Shown: positions 36,018-46,904, numbered from the stretch's first letter. The stretch: DNA of 64,000 nt from Candidatus Acidiferrales bacterium (GCA_035534435.1 DATLRX010000014.1:5998-69997); one strand, 5' to 3'. Made by a program: numbers and translations. The notes: generated by a model not told the origin, from the sequence alone.

Positions 36018-37648
36018 GCGGACGCGTCCCGCACGGGAAGGACGATCGCCGACGGGTGATCGTCGTCGTGCCAGATCTCCTGGTCGGCCACATGCATCGT
36101 CGTGGCGGATCCGAACGGCTCTCCCCCGCCAAGGTTGCGCGCGAATCGAGGATGCGCCCCGCTCGACACCTGGACGCGGATACGGTGGTCGCGGCGAAAC
36201 ACGTGCGCGGCCGGCCACAGGTCGACCGTCACGATCGAGACACCATCGGCGTCACGCCGCCACCCACCGGGCGTGAGCCGCACCAGGCCGTCGCTGATGT
36301 TGCGTGACGCGCCGGAGGGGTCGACATCGCAGAGACGGACGAAGAAGTCGGTGTGCTCCAGGGACGACCGGACGTGCAGGTGCGCGACGACGTCGCCCAC
36401 GATCTCGACATCGCGGACGAGCGCAGCGGATGTGTAGACGAGCACATCAGCTCGGCGCTCGAGCCCTCGGTTGTCCCGTGGGCCTCCCGTTCGCGCGAGC
36501 AGCGTGCCACCGACGGTTGGCGTCGGATCGGCCGGATCGTATCGATAGCGATCCGGCTCCGAGCGTGCCGCGGGGCTGACCTCGAGGCCGCCGTGCGGAC
36601 GCAGGTGCCAGCGCACCGGACGAGAGGGAGGCGGCCACTCGTCGAGGTCGACCCAGCGCCGCGTGCCGCCGACGAATATCCGCACGCGCGATACCCTGGG
36701 TGTTGAACGCCCCTGAAGATGCACCCCGAACCAGTCGATGGCGTCGCGAAGGCTCTCCGCGAGACCGCCGGGATCCACGTGCTTCCAGGGCCCGATGGTG
36801 AGCCGAGTGTCGCGTCCAGCCTCGCGAAGCGCGCGATAGTCGGCGAGCTGGACGGGAAGGAAGATGTCGTACCAGCCGGTGACCATCGTGACTGGCGCGG
36901 AGACGGCGTCGAGATGGCGGTCGAACTCGACCGGAGCCCAGAACACGTCGTCATCCTTGCGCGCGAGCCAGTCCTGATAGAACTGCACCCGGTCACCGGT
37001 GACCGCCCGGTCGGCGTCGGCAAGCGGCGTGGTGGCGAACCCGCGAGCAAGACGCTTCGCGCTGCTCAGGCGATCGTTGAGCTGTCGCAGACCCGTGTGG
37101 CCCTGGCTCGCGAGGATGTCGAGCCACGTGAGCGTGCTCGCCAGCGAGAACGTCCCCGCCGGGTACGTGAACGTTCGGGTCCGCGATGAGGTGATCGCGG
37201 GTGCAAGCGCGCGGAGCGTTGCGTGCGGGTCGGCCGCCACCGCCCACTGCACGATGCCGAGGTAGCTCGGCCCGAACATGGCCACCCCGCCTCTGGACCA
37301 CGGCTGCGCCTCGAGCCAGTCCAGCGTCGCAAGCCCGTCGCCCGCCTCGTCCCGATAGGCGTTGAACACCCCACCCGAGCCGAACGTCCCCCGGCAGCTC
37401 TGGACGACGACCTGGAAGCCGCGCTCCGCAAACGCTCGCGCCGCCAGCCCCCAGATGCTGCCGCGTCCGTAGGGACTGCGCATGAGGATCACCGGTTCGG
37501 TTCCGTCGTGGCGAGCACGGTATCGATCGGCCAGCAGTGTCACGCCGTCCGGCATCGGGATCTCGATGTTGCGCCGGACCGCGACATCACGCGTCCGGGC
37601 CGGCGGCAGCTGCGCGGCTCGTTCGAGGAGGCGGCTCGCGAGGCTCAT
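36014..37648 (-). CDS. CocE/NonD family hydrolase (S15 X-Pro dipeptidyl-peptidase-like)
   Basis: 'VILMRSPYGRGS', 'VVVQSCRGTFGSGG' and 'MFGPSYLGIVQW' (GxSxG), plus a C-terminal beta-sandwich region. Confidence 0.8.
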   Translation of the reverse strand: MSLASRLLERAAQLPPARTRDVAVRRNIEIPMPDGVTLLADRYRARHDGTEPVILMRSPYGRGSIWGLAARAFAERGFQVVVQSCRGTFGSGGVFNAYRDEAGDGLATLDWLEAQPWSRGGVAMFGPSYLGIVQWAVAADPHATLRALAPAITSSRTRTFTYPAGTFSLASTLTWLDILASQGHTGLRQLNDRLSSAKRLARGFATTPLADADRAVTGDRVQFYQDWLARKDDDVFWAPVEFDRHLDAVSAPVTMVTGWYDIFLPVQLADYRALREAGRDTRLTIGPWKHVDPGGLAESLRDAIDWFGVHLQGRSTPRVSRVRIFVGGTRRWVDLDEWPPPSRPVRWHLRPHGGLEVSPAARSEPDRYRYDPADPTPTVGGTLLARTGGPRDNRGLERRADVLVYTSAALVRDVEIVGDVVAHLHVRSSLEHTDFFVRLCDVDPSGASRNISDGLVRLTPGGWRRDADGVSIVTVDLWPAAHVFRRDHRIRVQVSSGAHPRFARNLGGGEPFGSATTMHVADQEIWHDDDHPSAIVLPVRDASA

Positions 37649-37666
37649 GGGCGGTGGAAACCCGGG

Positions 37667-39043
37667 TCAGCCGGTGACGAGCTCGAGGCCGCAGGCGACC
37701 GTGTTGCCGATCTGATCGCTGACGACCATCACGTCGCGACCCGCGCGGGCCAGGAGCGAGCCGGCCACCGCAGCGCGGTATCCCGCGGCGCAGTGGACCC
37801 ACACCCTGCCGGAGGGGATCTCATCGAGGCGATCGGGCAACTCGTGGAGCGGGATGCTCAGCGCGCCGGCCAGGTGACCGTCGGCGTGTTCGCTGCGGAG
37901 CCGGACGTCGACGATCACCTCGCCGCTCGCGCCGAGGAATGGCTTCAGCTCCTTGAAGCCGATGAGCGGATACGAGCCGGTCTCCAGATCGGCCCACGGG
38001 TCACCGCCTCCGTTCTGGGGCTCGCTGATCCCGCAGGCCGCGATCCGCTCGATCCCGATCCGGGCGAGGGCGCGGCGCGCCGTCGCAAGATCGGCCGAGG
38101 ATGCCGCGATGAGGCTCAGCGGGCTGCCCCAGGGGATGAGCCAGCCGAGGTACGTCGTCAGCGGATCGCTGAGCTCGAAGCCGACCGTGCCGATCAGGTG
38201 CCGATCCGCGAACTCGGCGCGCTCTCGAAGATCGACCACCCATTCGCCGGCGCGTGCGCGGGCCGCGAGCTCGCGCGGATCGGCGAACGGCGGCAGATCG
38301 AGGTCGATCGAGCCGGCACCCTCGCGGTTCCGCGGTCCGATGTACGCGTAGTAGCGGGGAAAGGCGTCCAGACCGGCGACGAGCCGCGCGACGAACGCGT
38401 CCTCCTCCATGAGCAGGGCCGGGTTCTCGGCGCGCTGGTGCCGGGCGTCCGCCGTGTCGGCGGCCCCGACCGGGAAGCCGGCCGAGCACAGGCTGCCGAA
38501 GCCGTGCGTGGGCAGGATCGCCGCGTCGTCCGGCAGTTCATCGGACAGCCGCCGGGCGGAGCGATGCTGCAGGTGGCTCAGGCGATCGGTCACCCATGGG
38601 CCGGCGAGGTCGGTCCGGCCCACCGAGCCGAGGAGCATCGATCCCCCCGTGAATGCCGCGACCGGCCTGGCGTCCTCCTCGAGGATGTAGCTCGTATGCG
38701 TCGCTGTGTGGCCCGGCGTATGTCGGGCGCGGATGATCAACCCACCGATCCCCAGCGTCTCCCCGTCCGCGATCGACTGCCGCTCGTAGCCGACGGCCTC
38801 GCCGGCCGGGATGACATGGGTGGCGCCGGTGACCCGGCAGAGCTCCGGGCCGCCGGAGACGTAGTCGTTGTGGATATGGGTCTCCAGCACGTGGCCGAGC
38901 CGGGCGCCGTGCTCCGCGAGCACTGCAAGGACGCGGTCGATGTCGCGCTGCGGGTCGATCACGACCGCCTGATCGCCGGCCAGGATCGCGTAGCTGCGGT
39001 CGCCCAGCTCGGGCGTCTCGATGGTGCTGATCTCGAAGGGCAT
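37667..39043 (-). CDS. MBL-fold metallo-hydrolase fused to two rhodanese-like domains
   Basis: 'HVLETHIHNDYVSGG' (HxHxDH-type) and 'HTPGHT'. The C-terminal rhodanese ends with the active-site loop 'VHCAAGYRA'. Start is ATG 39043 (or 39061). Confidence 0.75.
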   Translation of the reverse strand: MPFEISTIETPELGDRSYAILAGDQAVVIDPQRDIDRVLAVLAEHGARLGHVLETHIHNDYVSGGPELCRVTGATHVIPAGEAVGYERQSIADGETLGIGGLIIRARHTPGHTATHTSYILEEDARPVAAFTGGSMLLGSVGRTDLAGPWVTDRLSHLQHRSARRLSDELPDDAAILPTHGFGSLCSAGFPVGAADTADARHQRAENPALLMEEDAFVARLVAGLDAFPRYYAYIGPRNREGAGSIDLDLPPFADPRELAARARAGEWVVDLRERAEFADRHLIGTVGFELSDPLTTYLGWLIPWGSPLSLIAASSADLATARRALARIGIERIAACGISEPQNGGGDPWADLETGSYPLIGFKELKPFLGASGEVIVDVRLRSEHADGHLAGALSIPLHELPDRLDEIPSGRVWVHCAAGYRAAVAGSLLARAGRDVMVVSDQIGNTVACGLELVTG

Positions 39044-39122
39044 CCCCGAACGATCCCACATGGACACGCGAACGAGCGGGGTTGACCGTTCTTCGCGGGT
39101 TCTGCCAGTGTGTTCGAGCACG

Positions 39123-40649
39123 ATGCGCCAGCTCACCAGCCTCGACGCGCAGTTTCTCGCCCTCGAGACCCCCAGGATCTACGGCCACGTCTCCGCCGTC
39201 CTGATCCTCGATCCGTCGACGGCTCCGGGGAGCGCCATGACGCTGGCCACCCTGCAGCGGCTCATCCTCGAGCGACTCCCGCTGATCCCGGTGTTCCGCT
39301 GGCGTCTCGCGGAGGTGCCATTCGGTCTCGACCATGCGTACTGGGTCGACGACCCCGATTTCGACATCGACTTCCACGTCCGCGAGCTCGCGCTCGTGCC
39401 GCCGGGGAACATCTCGCAGCTCGAGGAGCAGGTCGCTCGAGTCTTCGCGCGGCCTCTCGACCGCACGCGGCCGCTCTGGGAGGTCTACCTCATCCACGGC
39501 CTCGAGAACGGGCGCGTCGCGCTGATGACGAAGGTCCACCACGCCGTCATCGACGGCATGTCCGGAGCCGAGATCCTCGGTTCGCTCCTCGACCTCACCC
39601 CGGAGGGGCGACCGGTCCCGGAACCGCTCGACGAAGACATCCACGCCGGCATGCCCTCGCAGCTCGAGATGCTCGTGCGCGGCCTGATCGGCCTCCCGCA
39701 GTATCCGCTCCGCCTGCTGCGCTCGCTCCCGACCACGCTCCCCAATTTCGAGGAGGTCGGCATCTTCAGCATGCTCCCCGGCGCGAGCATCGTCGGTGCC
39801 GCGAGCCGGCGCGTCGAGAGCATGATCCGGCGCGACGACACCGTCACCGGGCGGCGTCGCGGCAGCCCCCCACGCACATCGTTCAACGGCCGCATCTCCG
39901 CGCACCGGCGCATCGCCTTCGGTCAGATCCCACTCGATGCTGTCAAGGATGTCAAGAACACGTATGGCGTGACGGTCAACGACGTCGTCGTCTCCATCTG
40001 CGCCGGCGCGGTGCGCCGGTGGCTGCTCAAGCATCATGAGCTCGGCCGGAAACCGCTGATCGCGCAGATCCCGGTGTCGGTGCGCAGCCCGGAGCAACAG
40101 GGCACCTTCGGCAACCGCATCCTGCTGAACGGCGTGCCGCTGCACACGGAGATCGCGGATCCGGTGGAGCGGCTCCGCACAACGCACGAGTCGCTGGCCA
40201 GGATGAAGGAACGCAACCAGGCGATCCCGGCCACGCTGCTCCAGGACGCCAACAACTTCATCCCTCCCGCGCTCTTCTCTCGGGCCGCACGACTCACGTT
40301 CGCCTGGGCCAGCAATCCGCGCCTGCGGCCCATGTGGAACCTCGTCGTGTCCAACGTGCCCGGCCCGCAGTTCGCCATCTACTGCGCGGGGGCGCGCCTC
40401 GACGCGATCTATCCCGTGTCCGTCATCACCGACGGTCTCGGACTCAACATCACGGTGATGAGCTACGACGGCGACCTCAACATCGGGATCGTCGCCGACC
40501 GCGACGTCATCCCGGATGTCGGCTCGATGATCCCCTCCCTGAAGAGTGAGCTGGCCGCGCTCATGGTCACCAACGGGAGCGCCGAGGTGGCGACGCGGGC
40601 CCATCCGCGCCGTCGGCGCGCGCACCCGACCGCGCCGCGATCCGCATAG
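39123..40649 (+). CDS. Wax ester synthase / diacylglycerol acyltransferase (WS/DGAT)
   Basis: ATG 39123 ('MRQLTSLDAQFLALE'). Catalytic 'HHAVIDGMSG' (HHxxxDG). Conserved C-terminal 'NVPGP'. Confidence 0.85.
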   Translation: MRQLTSLDAQFLALETPRIYGHVSAVLILDPSTAPGSAMTLATLQRLILERLPLIPVFRWRLAEVPFGLDHAYWVDDPDFDIDFHVRELALVPPGNISQLEEQVARVFARPLDRTRPLWEVYLIHGLENGRVALMTKVHHAVIDGMSGAEILGSLLDLTPEGRPVPEPLDEDIHAGMPSQLEMLVRGLIGLPQYPLRLLRSLPTTLPNFEEVGIFSMLPGASIVGAASRRVESMIRRDDTVTGRRRGSPPRTSFNGRISAHRRIAFGQIPLDAVKDVKNTYGVTVNDVVVSICAGAVRRWLLKHHELGRKPLIAQIPVSVRSPEQQGTFGNRILLNGVPLHTEIADPVERLRTTHESLARMKERNQAIPATLLQDANNFIPPALFSRAARLTFAWASNPRLRPMWNLVVSNVPGPQFAIYCAGARLDAIYPVSVITDGLGLNITVMSYDGDLNIGIVADRDVIPDVGSMIPSLKSELAALMVTNGSAEVATRAHPRRRRAHPTAPRSA

Positions 40650-40654
40650 GCGCC

Positions 40655-41653
40655 GTGGACCCGGTCGCGCTGGCGCGCGCGCTCAGTGACGACGTGCTCT
40701 TCCCCGGTGCTCTCGAGGTGGACGCCGCGGACATCGTCCCCGTCGAACGGCTCGACTGCCTCGCGGAGGCCGGCCTGTACGGTCTCGCCGGCCCATCCAG
40801 GGCTCACGGGATGGGCCTCCCGGACATGGGCACGGGTCTCGAGATCATCGAGATCCTGGCCGGCGGCTGCCTCACGACCACGTTCGTCTGGATCCAGCAC
40901 CATGGCGCCGTGCGCGCGCTGGCCGAGGCCGGCTCTTCCCGGCTCAGCGACGAGTTCCTCGAGCCGATGTGCCGCGGTGTGGTGCGAGCAGGCGTGGCGT
41001 TTTCCGGACTCCGGCGTCCGGGCCCGCCGATGCTCGCCGCCGCCCCCGCTCCCGGTGGGTGGCGATTCGACGGTCAAGCCCCGTGGGTCACGGGTTGGGG
41101 GCGCGTCGACGTGATCCGGGCGGCTGCTCGTCGCGCGGACGGTGACATCGTGTGGGCGGTTGTCGACGCGCGGAGCAGCGACTCGCTCAGCGCGGAGCGA
41201 CTCCATCTGACCGCGGTCAACGCGAGCGCCACCGTCACCCTCACGTTCCGCGACCACTTCGTCGGTGACGATCGGGTGATCACGACCCAGCCGTTCGACG
41301 AGTGGCAGATGCGTGACCGTGCCGGCCTGCGTCTCAACGGTTCGCTCGCGCTGGGGGTCGCTGCGCGATGTGCCTCACTGCTCGAGAGCCACGCACTTCG
41401 CGACGCGGTCGCCGCATGTCGTGCAGCCCTCGATCACGCCTCACCGGACGCGATGCCGGACGCCCGAGCGCGAGCGTCAGCCCTTGCACTCCATGCGGCG
41501 ACGACCTTGGTGGTGACCGGCGGCGGCCGTTCGATCACGATGGACCACCACGCTCAGCGCCTTGCCCGTGAGGCGCTCTTCCTTCTCGTCTTCGGGCAGA
41601 CCGCGTCGATCAGGGCCGCGCAGCTCGATCGTCTCGGCCGCGTCCCGGTCTGA
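40655..41653 (+). CDS. Acyl-CoA dehydrogenase family protein
   Basis: The 332-aa layout 'LAEAGLYGLAGP...GGCLTTTFVWIQHHG' is typical of short ACAD-like proteins. Confidence 0.6.
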   Translation: MDPVALARALSDDVLFPGALEVDAADIVPVERLDCLAEAGLYGLAGPSRAHGMGLPDMGTGLEIIEILAGGCLTTTFVWIQHHGAVRALAEAGSSRLSDEFLEPMCRGVVRAGVAFSGLRRPGPPMLAAAPAPGGWRFDGQAPWVTGWGRVDVIRAAARRADGDIVWAVVDARSSDSLSAERLHLTAVNASATVTLTFRDHFVGDDRVITTQPFDEWQMRDRAGLRLNGSLALGVAARCASLLESHALRDAVAACRAALDHASPDAMPDARARASALALHAATTLVVTGGGRSITMDHHAQRLAREALFLLVFGQTASIRAAQLDRLGRVPV

Positions 41654-41695
41654 CCGCGCGGGTGCGCCGCGGGCAGCGCCGTCTATGATGATTTC

Positions 41696-42034
41696 ATGGC
41701 AGACGACGTCGAACGCATTGCATGGACGGCAGTCAAGACGGGTGAGTCCGTTGTCGCAAGCGATGGGACCGACATCGGCAAGGTGGTCGAGGTCGCGGCG
41801 CTCGCCCGCGAGGATATCTTCCATGGGATCGTCTTCGAGCACGCTCATCGCCACAAGCACTACCTGGCGCCCGCCGGCGACATCGATCACATCACCGAGG
41901 CGGCGGTGCACCTCTCCGTGGACAGCGAGAAAGCCGGCGAGTACGAGGAGTTCGAGCAGTTGCACGTGGAGCGTCTCGGCGTGCGCGGCATCTTCAGATG
42001 GAAGCACTTCGGCTGGAAGGACTCTGACGAGTAG
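41696..42034 (+). CDS. PRC-barrel/DUF2171-like small protein
   Basis: 112 aa with the pattern 'VVASDGTDIGKVVEV...IDHITEAAVHLSV'. Confidence 0.4.
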   Translation: MADDVERIAWTAVKTGESVVASDGTDIGKVVEVAALAREDIFHGIVFEHAHRHKHYLAPAGDIDHITEAAVHLSVDSEKAGEYEEFEQLHVERLGVRGIFRWKHFGWKDSDE

Positions 42035-42050
42035 CCATCGGTGACCGGCG

Positions 42051-42081
42051 AAGGGGATCGATCACCGAATCGGATCCCTTT
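42051..42081 (+). terminator. Weak candidate stem-loop terminator
   Basis: 9-bp stem AAGGGGATC / GATCCCTTT (one G-U pair) with a 13-nt loop. It starts 17 nt after the stop at 42034. Only a short T-containing tail follows. Confidence 0.3.
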
Positions 42082-42122
42082 CGTGTTCACGCGTCGTTCA
42101 CCCTTGCGGATATCTTTGGCCC

Positions 42123-42788
42123 ATGAGTTCGCCGCCGGCCACGCTCGTGTTCGACCTCGACGGCACGCTGCTCGACGTCTCGGTTCGTCATCACACCGTC
42201 TACAGCACGGTGTGCGCGTCCTTCGGCGCGAACCCACTCGACCGCGCGACGTACTGGCGCCTCCGGCGCCTTCGAGCCGGATGGCCGCAGATCCTCGCGG
42301 CGAGCGGCCTCGCCGCCGAGCGTTTCGAGGCGTTCGAGGCCGAGTACAACCAGCAGATCGAGCTCCCTGAGAACCTGGGCTTCGACGTCCTCTTTCCCGC
42401 CACCCTGCCGCTCCTCACCAAGGTCGCTGCTCACCACGTGTGCGTGCTGGTTGCGATGCGCGCATCGGCACCATCGCTTCGGGCAGAGCTGGGCGTGTTG
42501 GGCCTGCGGCCGTTCTTCGAGGCCACTGAAACCGCCGCGGGCCTCGGCGAGCCGGCGTTCAAGGTACGAGCCGGCCTCATTCGCAAGATGGTGCCCGGCG
42601 GCACCCCGGCGATCGTCATCGGGGACACCGAGGCCGACGTGATGGCCGCGAGCGCCCTCGGCTACCCGTCGGTCGCCGTGTGCTCCGGGTTCCGCGAGCG
42701 GGAGATCCTGGAGCAGCAGGAGCCGACGTACCTCGTCGATGACCTGGGCGGCGTCGAGGGAGCCCTCCGCCGCGCCGGCGTGCTCTGA
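42123..42788 (+). CDS. HAD-superfamily hydrolase (phosphatase-like)
   Basis: Motif I 'LVFDLDGTLLD' and motif IV 'VIGDTEADV'. Confidence 0.75.
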   Translation: MSSPPATLVFDLDGTLLDVSVRHHTVYSTVCASFGANPLDRATYWRLRRLRAGWPQILAASGLAAERFEAFEAEYNQQIELPENLGFDVLFPATLPLLTKVAAHHVCVLVAMRASAPSLRAELGVLGLRPFFEATETAAGLGEPAFKVRAGLIRKMVPGGTPAIVIGDTEADVMAASALGYPSVAVCSGFREREILEQQEPTYLVDDLGGVEGALRRAGVL

Positions 42789-43307
42789 GTGTCGGCCCGC
42801 GAGCGCAACGAAGCCCCGTTCGGGGTCGCCGTGCATCGGCAGCTGAAACTCATCCACCAGATGCTGCGCAACGACCTCACGGTCTGCCGGGAGCTGGCGG
42901 CCGACGTCGCGACCGGGGCGCCGTCCGCGCACGTTGCCGACCGCCTCGCCGAGCTGCAGGCCAACAGCCCGCTCTGGAACCTGCAGATCAACTGTCTGTA
43001 TCACTGCCGGATCGTGCACATGCACCACCACGGCGAGGACGCGGACATGTTTCCCGCACTGCGACGCTCCAACCCGGAGCTCGGCGTTGTCGTCGACCGG
43101 CTCGAATCCGATCACCGAGCGATCTCGGTGCTGCTCGACAACGTTGAGTCGCTGGCGCGCAAGCTGGATGACAGCACCACAAGCGCCGAGCGCGACTCGC
43201 TGGTGATCGCGCTGCGTGATCTCGGCACCCGCCTCCTCGAGCACCTCGCGTTCGAGGAGGAGAACATCGCCGCGACGATGCGCAGCTGGGCGACCTGGCC
43301 CGCCTAA
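42789..43307 (+). CDS. Hemerythrin-like (HHE cation-binding) domain protein
   Basis: 'HMHHHGEDADMFPAL' and 'ESDHRAI', with an 'HLAFEEENI'-type His/Glu pattern. Confidence 0.65.
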   Translation: MSARERNEAPFGVAVHRQLKLIHQMLRNDLTVCRELAADVATGAPSAHVADRLAELQANSPLWNLQINCLYHCRIVHMHHHGEDADMFPALRRSNPELGVVVDRLESDHRAISVLLDNVESLARKLDDSTTSAERDSLVIALRDLGTRLLEHLAFEEENIAATMRSWATWPA

Positions 43308-43316
43308 GATGCGGCC

Positions 43317-44414
43317 ATGCCACACAGGGTGCCGGGTGTCATCGCGCGCCGCCGGGGCGCCCCGGTCGAGGTCGCCACCGTGACCGTGCCCGACCCTGGG
43401 CCCGGCGAGGCCCTCATCCGGGTCGAGGCGTGCGGCGTCTGCCACACCGACCTGCACTATCGCGAAGGTGGCATCGGCGACGACTTCCCGTTCCTGCTCG
43501 GGCATGAAGCGGCCGGCCGCGTCGAGGCCATCGGCGACGGCGTGGCCAACGTCGCGCCGGGTGATGTGGTGGTGATCGCATGGCGCGCTCCCTGCGGCAC
43601 GTGCCGCAGCTGTCTCCGCGGCCGCCCCTGGTACTGCTTCGACAGCCGCAACGCTCGGCAGCGCATGACCCTCGATGACGGCACCGAACTCACGGCCGCG
43701 CTTGGCATCGGTGCGTTCGCCGAGCTGTGCCTCGTCGACGCCGGACAGGCGGTGACGATCGATCCGAGCGCTCGGATGGAGGCCGCAGCGCTGATCGGTT
43801 GCGGCGTGATGGCGGGATTCGGCGCCGCCGTCAACACGGGCGCGGTCGCGGCGGGTGACACCGTCGCCGTGATCGGATGCGGCGGCGTCGGCAACGCCGC
43901 GATCGCCGGCGCGGCGATCGCCGGCGCGCGCATGGTCATCGCCGTCGATGTCGTCGAACGCAAGCTGGAGTGGGCGAAGCGCTTCGGCGCAACGCACACC
44001 ATCGACGCGCGGACGCAGGATCCGATCGAGGCGATCCGGGCGCTCACCGGCGGGTTCGGCGCCGACCTCGTCATCGACGCGGTGGGCCGGCCGGAGACTT
44101 ACGTGCAAGCGTTCCTGGCGCGCGACCACGCCGGCCGCCTCGTCAACGTCGGCGTGCCGCCGGAACAGGGCATGACCGTCGAGCTGCCGATGTCGGAGGT
44201 CTTCGGCCGAGGCGGGTCGCTGCGCTCGTCGTGGTATGGCGACTGCCTGCCGACACGCGACTTCCCCGTGCTCATCGATCTCTATCGCAAAGGCCGTCTC
44301 GACCTCGACGGTTTCGTGTCGGAGCTCATCACCGTCAATGACGTCGAGGACGCCTTCACGAAGATCGTGAACAGCGAGGTGCTGCGTTCAGTGGTTGTGT
44401 TCAAGCACGACTGA
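43317..44414 (+). CDS. Zn-dependent class III alcohol dehydrogenase (S-(hydroxymethyl)thiol / formaldehyde dehydrogenase-like)
   Basis: '[11 protein letters not shown]', '[17 protein letters not shown]' and Rossmann '[12 protein letters not shown]'. Confidence 0.85.
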   Translation: MPHRVPGVIARRRGAPVEVATVTVPDPGPGEALIRVEACGVCHTDLHYREGGIGDDFPFLLGHEAAGRVEAIGDGVANVAPGDVVVIAWRAPCGTCRSCLRGRPWYCFDSRNARQRMTLDDGTELTAALGIGAFAELCLVDAGQAVTIDPSARMEAAALIGCGVMAGFGAAVNTGAVAAGDTVAVIGCGGVGNAAIAGAAIAGARMVIAVDVVERKLEWAKRFGATHTIDARTQDPIEAIRALTGGFGADLVIDAVGRPETYVQAFLARDHAGRLVNVGVPPEQGMTVELPMSEVFGRGGSLRSSWYGDCLPTRDFPVLIDLYRKGRLDLDGFVSELITVNDVEDAFTKIVNSEVLRSVVVFKHD

Positions 44415-44416
44415 CG

Positions 44417-45481
44417 TCAGCGCAGCCGTTGCGCGAGGTACGCCAGTGACTTCGAGTAGCGGTAGTCGATGCCCATGTGCGTTGCGTCGAACAGCTCGAA
44501 CTCCACGTCGGTGACCCCGATCCTCGACAGTTCGTCGCGAAACGCGGTCGCGCCAAGGTCGAGATACCAATCGTCCCGCGTTCCCGCGTCGATCCACACG
44601 GCGCGAAGCGAGCGCAGGGGTTCCGCATACCGCGGCACCATGCGCACCGGATCCAGCGCCAGCCACTTCGCCCAGATGTCGTCGCGGATCCGGCCGGAGT
44701 GCGGGTCGAACGGGAGCTCCGGCGTTCCGTCTTCACGCGCCGAGAAACAGGCCGCCACACCGAACGTCATGACGACGCTGCCGTCGGTGTCCTTGGTGAA
44801 CGCCGTCCGTGACTTGAAATCGGACCACCACGCCATGATGTCGCCGTCAAAATCGCGCAGCGCACGCACGACCTTGGCGAACTCCGGGATGTAGCAGTAC
44901 TCGTACAGGGTGTCTCCCGCGTGGGTGGCCATGCCGCCGAAGAGATCCGGGCGCCACATCGGCGTGATCATGGCGCCGAAGCCCCCGCTCGACTTCCCCT
45001 GGATGCCCCGATGCGCGGGATCGTTCATCGTCCGGTAGTTGGCGTCGACCCAGGGGACGATCTCGTCGCAGAGATACGTGTGATACCGCCCGGTGCCGGG
45101 CGAGTCGACGTATTGCGACCCGCCGTACGACGTCCACGCATCCACGTAGACGACGATCGCCGGGGGCGCTTCCCCGGTCGCGAAGACGCGGTCCGCCGCA
45201 GCGGGAAAGGATTCGCGGAACGCGGCGCGATTCCACCACATCGCCGCCTGGCCCATGTAGCCCTGGATGACGTACACCGCCGGATACCGCTCGTCCGACG
45301 TGTCGTAGCCCGGCGGTACGTAGACCCAGAGCGGTCTCTCGGCAGGATCGGCGAGCACGTTCCCCGCGAGCGCCTCCGACTCGAGCACATGCTCGGCCAC
45401 GCGCCCGGCAAGGTTCTGGCGCCACCAGCGGGGGGACTCCGCCTGGCCGGCCGCGGCAGGATCGATCTCGCGTGCACTCAT
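44417..45481 (-). CDS. Esterase-family (esterase D / enterochelin esterase-like) protein
   Basis: ATG 45481 ('MSAREIDP'). 'LWVYVPPGYD' and 'IQGKSSGGFGAM' (GxSxG). The listed ORF extension to 45772 is an artefact. Confidence 0.7.
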   Translation of the reverse strand: MSAREIDPAAAGQAESPRWWRQNLAGRVAEHVLESEALAGNVLADPAERPLWVYVPPGYDTSDERYPAVYVIQGYMGQAAMWWNRAAFRESFPAAADRVFATGEAPPAIVVYVDAWTSYGGSQYVDSPGTGRYHTYLCDEIVPWVDANYRTMNDPAHRGIQGKSSGGFGAMITPMWRPDLFGGMATHAGDTLYEYCYIPEFAKVVRALRDFDGDIMAWWSDFKSRTAFTKDTDGSVVMTFGVAACFSAREDGTPELPFDPHSGRIRDDIWAKWLALDPVRMVPRYAEPLRSLRAVWIDAGTRDDWYLDLGATAFRDELSRIGVTDVEFELFDATHMGIDYRYSKSLAYLAQRLR

Positions 45482-45608
45482 CGCCACCACCTCACGTGAA
45501 CGTTCGCTCCCCGACGCGTGATCGTAGCGACCCCGTACCGGAGGTCGGCGGCCCGTCGCCGGGGCCGAGTCGGCTAGCCTGAAACGACAATCACACGGAG
45601 GCACGTCA

Positions 45609-46577
<969 letters not shown>

Positions 46578-46691
46578 CCCGCGTGAGAGTCACCGTCTCA
46601 CGGCCTGGGCGCTGTCTGATGTGTCCGCCCTGAGAGCGCGGCGTAACCGGCCCGTCATCGCCACTGCGGTGCTCGAACCTACTATCGAGAC

Positions 46692-46904
46692 GTGTCGAAT
46701 CTCTCTGCGCTGCTGTCCGCGCTCTACTTCCGTGGCACCGAGTTCGTTGCCCGGCACCTCGAGCGAGATGAGGAAGGACAGGGCATGGTCGAGTACGCGC
46801 TGATCCTCGTCCTCATCGCCATTGTCGTGATCGTCATCCTCACGACGGTCGGCAAGCGCGTGAACAACGTCTTCTCGAACATCAGCAACGGGCTCGGTCA
46901 GTAG
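46692..46904 (+). CDS. Flp-family type IVb pilin
   Basis: 70 aa. 'GQGMVEYALILVLIAIVVIVIL' is the Flp motif (G/xxEY plus a hydrophobic stretch). The leader is unusually long, so the start is uncertain. Confidence 0.65.
   Translation: MSNLSALLSALYFRGTEFVARHLERDEEGQGMVEYALILVLIAIVVIVILTTVGKRVNNVFSNISNGLGQ

Noticed and set aside
37223-39085. 620-aa plus-strand ORF overlapping the CocE/NonD and MBL-rhodanese genes.
   Set aside because: It is antisense to two motif-supported genes and has low-complexity Arg/Gly/Asp-rich sequence.
38538-40625. 695-aa ORF antisense to the WS/DGAT gene.
   Set aside because: No recognisable motifs and an extreme Arg/Asp/Gly/His bias. The opposite strand encodes a protein with the HHxxxDG motif.
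42087-44129. 680-aa ORF antisense to the HAD, hemerythrin and ADH genes.
   Set aside because: It spans three well-supported plus-strand genes, and its composition is typical of a GC-rich antisense artefact.
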